In this document: piece by piece, positions 59,782 to 64,000 of the stretch | How positions within the stretch are numbered: the first letter of the stretch is position 1 | Layout: each line of letters starts with the position of its first letter | Assembly: GCA_965207075.1 (NCBI GenBank) | Contig: CBDBLO010000002.1 | Location: 1,024,001 to 1,088,000, forward strand | Reading direction: 5' to 3' | Length of the DNA stretch: 64,000 bases | Origin: Nitrosopumilus sp. | Lineage (GTDB): Archaea > Thermoproteota > Nitrososphaeria > Nitrososphaerales > Nitrosopumilaceae | Notes under the pieces: model-generated | What the model saw: only the letters and a program-made list of their open reading frames with translations | Told to the model about the DNA's origin: nothing | The model's database searches: none | Position numbers and translations under genes: made by a program

Positions 59782-60546
59782 ATGGAGGTGATACCGGTCT
59801 TTGTGGACGCGGAGATAACGGCATCCGACAACCTCGGGGGGATCATAGCGCGCTCTGCTGACCTATGCGACGGGGACGTCGTGGTGGTTGCGCAAAAGGC
59901 CGTCTCAAAGATGGAGGGGCGCATCGTACGGCTCTCCGACGTCAGACCCTCCATGCTCGCGGAGGGGATCGCGTCCCAGTACCGCAAGGATCCGCGCCTT
60001 GTGGAGCTGATACTCTCCGAGTCGTCCGGTATAGTGCGCATGCGCGACGGCATCATCATAGTCAGGACTCATTCCGGTCTGGTATGCGCAAACGCCGGCA
60101 TCGACGAGAGCAACGTGCGGCAGGGACATGCGACGCTGCTGCCCGTCGATCCTGACAAGTCTGCGCGGAAACTGCAGTCTGAAATACGCGCCGCCTCCTC
60201 AAAGCGCGTGTGCGTGATACTGTCCGACACGTTTGGCCGCCCGCTACGCATGGGGCAGACTGACTGCGCCATAGGAGTGGCGGGGTTGCTGCCGCTCACC
60301 AGCTATGCCGGGCGGCACGATACGTTTGGCAGGGCCCTGCGCGTCACCGAGATTGCAACGGCCGATGAGATTGCAGCCGCCGCCGAACTTGTAATGCAAA
60401 AGGCCGCCCGGTGCCCCGCTGCCATTGTACGGGGATGCGACCCGTCGCATGTAATACGCGCGGGGGCGGGACGCGACGGGGACGACGCGGGGCGGAGCGG
60501 GGCTGCACTGTTGCAGAGGCCGAGCTCAGACGATCTCTTTTCATAA
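59782..60546 (+). CDS. cofE: Coenzyme F420:L-glutamate ligase
   Basis: QKAVSKMEG, CANAGIDESN, SDTFGRP. Confidence 0.95.
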   Translation: MEVIPVFVDAEITASDNLGGIIARSADLCDGDVVVVAQKAVSKMEGRIVRLSDVRPSMLAEGIASQYRKDPRLVELILSESSGIVRMRDGIIIVRTHSGLVCANAGIDESNVRQGHATLLPVDPDKSARKLQSEIRAASSKRVCVILSDTFGRPLRMGQTDCAIGVAGLLPLTSYAGRHDTFGRALRVTEIATADEIAAAAELVMQKAARCPAAIVRGCDPSHVIRAGAGRDGDDAGRSGAALLQRPSSDDLFS

Positions 60547-60716
60547 CTTCCGCATGTTTGGTATTGCCGTACGTGGCGCCGCCGCCGCCACCCCCGCCGC
60601 CATGCGGCCGTGCCCCCTCGCACCGCCCACTGCCGTCTGAGCCCCTGCATCCCGCGCACGCGCCGTCCCATGTCTTCAATAGGATTATAATCCGACGCGG
60701 CACACTTCTTCTCATC

Positions 60717-61631
60717 GTGTCCCTCAAGGTTGAACTCCACTGCCACAACTCTTTTTCCAACTTTCATTTGGGCTCGGGCGAGCCCCCGTACGACTGCGAC
60801 GTGTCCATACGCGACCAGCTTGAACGCGCGCGGGTGCTCGGGCTTGATGCCTTGTTTGTCACGAACCACAACACGCTTGACGGGTACGAGCAGATGCTCC
60901 AGTACAGGAACGATCATGAGAAGTTTGCAGGCATACGGGTTCATCCTGCCGAAGAAGTGACCACTGACAGGGGCGCCCACGTCCTTGCGTACGGCATACG
61001 GGAGGCCATACCGCCCGGAATCCCCCTTGAGGAGATAGTCGAATCAGTGAGGGAGCAGGGCGGGGTCTCGTCGGCCCCGCACCCGTTCAGCCTGCTTGAC
61101 GCGCTGCGGGACGACGCGGCCCGTTGTGACATGGTCGAGGTGTTCAACAGCAACAACGTCGACATCCTGTCAAATGCGAGGGCCGCGCAGTTTGCGGCCG
61201 AGAAGAACATGGTGCCCGTGGCCGGCAGCGACTCGCACGTCCTCTCGACTCTTGGAAGGTGCGTAAACATAATCGACTCTGAGAACGCGCTTGACGACAT
61301 ACTGCACGCGCTGAGGCGCGGCCGCACGCAGATATGCCAGGCCGGATACGCGATGCGGGACGAGACGCTTGATCACCTGCGGTACAAACTGAACAGCTCG
61401 CGCGAATACGTCAACGAATACATGTCAGAGCACTATCCGCACGCAAAATGGTTCCTGCGCCTGCTGCTCAGGATGTACGACCTTGACCAGGACAACCGCA
61501 TGTGGGGGCTGATATACAGGCTGTGCGTCTGCGCAATGCAGCGCATATCGCGCAAGGTCAACTTTGAGGGACTCGACCCGCAGTTCATGAAGCAGCGGAA
61601 CCTCGGCACCATGTTCTACAAGGCTCTGTAA
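60717..61631 (+). CDS. PHP-domain phosphoesterase
   Basis: ELHCH, VTNHN, APHP, GSDSH. Confidence 0.88.
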   Translation: MSLKVELHCHNSFSNFHLGSGEPPYDCDVSIRDQLERARVLGLDALFVTNHNTLDGYEQMLQYRNDHEKFAGIRVHPAEEVTTDRGAHVLAYGIREAIPPGIPLEEIVESVREQGGVSSAPHPFSLLDALRDDAARCDMVEVFNSNNVDILSNARAAQFAAEKNMVPVAGSDSHVLSTLGRCVNIIDSENALDDILHALRRGRTQICQAGYAMRDETLDHLRYKLNSSREYVNEYMSEHYPHAKWFLRLLLRMYDLDQDNRMWGLIYRLCVCAMQRISRKVNFEGLDPQFMKQRNLGTMFYKAL

Positions 61632-61677
61632 TGCCGCCGCCGCTTCTTCCCCTCCGCGCCCGCACGCGCCCGTGCGC

Positions 61678-62358
61678 TCACTTCTGACGCATGACCGGTT
61701 TGTGCGCCTCGACGCTCGGCTCTGGGAGTTCCTTTATCTTGTAGTGTTGCTTTATGATGTCCAGTATTCCCCTCAAATCCTTCACCTCGAGCGTGGCCGT
61801 GGCCCTGTCCTTTACCATGTCGTGGGCCCTGTATGCTATGCCAAGTCCGCATATGTCAAAGAGCTTTATGTCGTTCGCACCGTCCACCACGCATACGATG
61901 TCCTCCTTGCGCTCGCCCCATTCCGCAATCTTGGTTCTGGCCGACTTTGACTTGTCTGCGTCCACGTTCACCCTGACGCCGTCCAGCTTGCCGTCTGAGA
62001 ATACGAGCTCGTTTGAGAATATGTAGTCGAGGCCCAGCTCCTTCTGGAGCCTGTCCATCATTATCGTAAACCCGCCTGACACGGCCATGAGCCTCCAGCC
62101 TGCCGCCTTGAGCGCCCTGCACGCCTCCCTCGCCCCCGTCATGATGGGGAGCGACTCGGCAAGCTCCCTGCACGTGCGCTCGTCTATCCCTTTCAGGGCG
62201 TCAATCCTGGTCCTGAGGCCCTGCTCCCAGTCTATCTTGCCCTGGATTCCCTCCTTTGTAATCTCCCAGATCTCTTTCTCCTTGTTTATTTTTTCTGCCA
62301 GAATGGGCAGGTACTCCTCGTCATACAGCACTCCTTCCACGTCAAAAATTACCAGCAA
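61678..62358 (-). CDS. serB: Phosphoserine phosphatase (HAD)
   Basis: FDVEGVL, VSGGF, DGANDI. Confidence 0.88.
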   Translation of the reverse strand: MLVIFDVEGVLYDEEYLPILAEKINKEKEIWEITKEGIQGKIDWEQGLRTRIDALKGIDERTCRELAESLPIMTGAREACRALKAAGWRLMAVSGGFTIMMDRLQKELGLDYIFSNELVFSDGKLDGVRVNVDADKSKSARTKIAEWGERKEDIVCVVDGANDIKLFDICGLGIAYRAHDMVKDRATATLEVKDLRGILDIIKQHYKIKELPEPSVEAHKPVMRQK

Positions 62359-62414
62359 TTGGCTTCTGGCCTGAGCAAATTTGCTAATTATATAATACTT
62401 CGCACGTTTTCAGT

Positions 62415-63931
62415 GTATGAATTCACGTGTCCTTCCTAGATCACAGAGTTGGGCATATGATCTTTATACAAGCGGCCTGAACCCGTTTGTGTGAAGGGAG
62501 CAAGGGGCGTCAGCAAGGAGTATCTGGAGCGGCGGGTGCTTGCGTTAGAGGAGGAGAATGCGGTTCTCAGCTCCAAGATCGAGGAACTGCTGGCCGCGGT
62601 AGAGCAGAGGGACAGGGCCGTTGAGCGCCTCGAAAGACTCCTGAAGTATTACACAAACCCCGACACGCCGCCGTCGGCCAACTCGCTGGAATGGAAGGAG
62701 GAGAAGAGGCAGAAGAGGCGGCAGGGTGAGGGCGCGCCCGCCGGGAAGCGCGGCGGGAAGGCGGGGCATCCGGGGGTGTCGCGCCGGCGCAGCCCGGAGA
62801 AGGTCGTGAGGCACAGGTTCAGGCGCAGGAGGGAGGGCCGGAGGCTCGTGCCCGACGTCGCGTGCAAGTGCGGGGGGCGCATGGAGGTCGCCACCAGGCG
62901 CGTGCGCGACATTACGGAGATCACGATAACGTCTGAGGAGACCAGGCACGTCATAGAGGTGGCCCGGTGCGCGTGCGGGCGCACGGCCGAGGCCCCCAGC
63001 GGCCTGCCGGCGAGGGGCAACTTCGGCAAACGGTTCGTTGGGCTGGTCGCCGAGATCCGCGCCGGACGCGTCCCGCTTGCGGGCATTGCCAGGGCGGTGG
63101 GGGCCGTAACGGGCGTCAGGGTATCCGGTTCGACTGTAAACAACATCGTGGCGCGCGCGTCCGACGCCATGAGACCCGAGTCGGAGGGCATACTTGGGAG
63201 GGTCGAGCGGTCCCGCGCGGCGGGGTTCGACGAGACGCGCTGGAACGACGGCGGCAGCACCGCGTACGTGAACGTGGCGCAGTCCGGCGACTACATAGCG
63301 ATGAACATCAGCGGCGGCAGGGCCACCCTGCTGCTGGACACCATGGATGCATTTGACGGGGTCGCCACAACCGACAGGTACGACGCGTACGACAGGTACG
63401 ACGCGGGCGGCATGCACCAGACGTGCTGGGCCCACCACCTCCGGGAGACTAGGCACCTGGCCGGAAAGTACTGCGGCGCCGTGCCTCCGGAGGTGAAGCG
63501 CGTCCGGCAGGAGCTGCACGAGGACCACAAGTCCGTGTTCCGGACGGCCAAGCTGCTGGCCGCCCGGGGCGCGCACTCGCCGCGCCTGCGGTCCGCGATG
63601 GACCGCGTGATGCAGGACGTACTGGACGAGTACCGCGGCAGGGGGAGGGACGACCCCGACATGATCAGGGTGCTTGACAAGCTGGAACGGCAGGTACCGT
63701 GCATGTTCGCGTTCCTGGAGCATCCCGGCGTCGACCCCACGAACAACGCGAGCGAGAGGGTGCTGCGCTATATCGTGGTGTTCCGGAAGATCATCGGGCA
63801 GACCAAGGGCGGCCCCTTGGCCATGAGGCGCCTGGCCGACTTTGCCACGTGCGTCCTCACGTGGCGGAGGCAGGACAAGAGCGTGTACGAAGAGATCGCC
63901 CGACTGATATAAGGACCACGTGAATTCATAC
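62415..63931 (+). mobile_element. IS66-family single-ORF element
   Basis: TIR GTATGAATTCACGTG(G)TCCTT at 62415 and 63931; no TSD. Confidence 0.9.
62491..63912 (+). CDS. IS66 transposase (TnpC-like)
   Basis: Coiled coil, TPPS, Zn-finger Cys, FDETR, TDRY, CWAHH.R, PTNNASER. Confidence 0.92.
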   Translation: MKGARGVSKEYLERRVLALEEENAVLSSKIEELLAAVEQRDRAVERLERLLKYYTNPDTPPSANSLEWKEEKRQKRRQGEGAPAGKRGGKAGHPGVSRRRSPEKVVRHRFRRRREGRRLVPDVACKCGGRMEVATRRVRDITEITITSEETRHVIEVARCACGRTAEAPSGLPARGNFGKRFVGLVAEIRAGRVPLAGIARAVGAVTGVRVSGSTVNNIVARASDAMRPESEGILGRVERSRAAGFDETRWNDGGSTAYVNVAQSGDYIAMNISGGRATLLLDTMDAFDGVATTDRYDAYDRYDAGGMHQTCWAHHLRETRHLAGKYCGAVPPEVKRVRQELHEDHKSVFRTAKLLAARGAHSPRLRSAMDRVMQDVLDEYRGRGRDDPDMIRVLDKLERQVPCMFAFLEHPGVDPTNNASERVLRYIVVFRKIIGQTKGGPLAMRRLADFATCVLTWRRQDKSVYEEIARLI

Positions 63932-64000
63932 CTTCGGCGGCGAAAAGTTGGATGGCGCCTCTTCAACAGATATGCTTAAAACATATTGGTGGCGGTAGCA

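Noticed and set aside
62545-63966. Long antisense ORFs over transposases (also 14414-15406)
   Set aside because: Artefact of high GC3 codon usage

Overview
Ammonia-oxidising archaeal (Nitrosopumilaceae/Thaumarchaeota-like) chromosome segment. It is unusually GC-rich, with many IS elements and GC-microsatellite insertions inside proteins; a host-associated, Cenarchaeum-like lineage is my inference. The housekeeping backbone includes bcp, aquaporin, aIF5A, aIF1A, csp, scpAB, rps8e, cofC/D/E, GGR, thaumarchaeosortase, dinB, dhs, ino1, smc, egtB/D, proS, serB, tRNA-Arg(GCG), intron-containing tRNA-Tyr(GTA) and RNase P RNA. Accessory regions: (i) 1-4.7 kb, with an IS6-like transposase, AbrB, an MTase-HNH fusion and an unannotated mini RelBE-like pair; (ii) 10.6-17.4 kb beside tRNA-Arg, with two decayed tyrosine integrases, two metallothionein-like genes, a 1-Cys Bcp, a 31-bp tandem array, a complete IS5-like element (23-bp TIR, 10-bp TSD) and an IS110 with a structured downstream non-coding end; (iii) ISH3, solo TnpB and IS66 insertions. 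Best novel leads: a Cys-rich metallothionein-like module occurring both as an unannotated 42-aa gene and as a tail hidden behind an in-frame TGA; a pair of multivalent GTLPKGF-repeat scaffold-like proteins flanking a Zn-ribbon gene; an archaeal IS110 bridge/seekRNA candidate; a TnpB whose predicted guide covers the dinB start; a dispersed repeat encoding a small membrane peptide; and an Alba with a ~350-aa acidic repeat. All family assignments come from motif recognition by eye, with no database searches.
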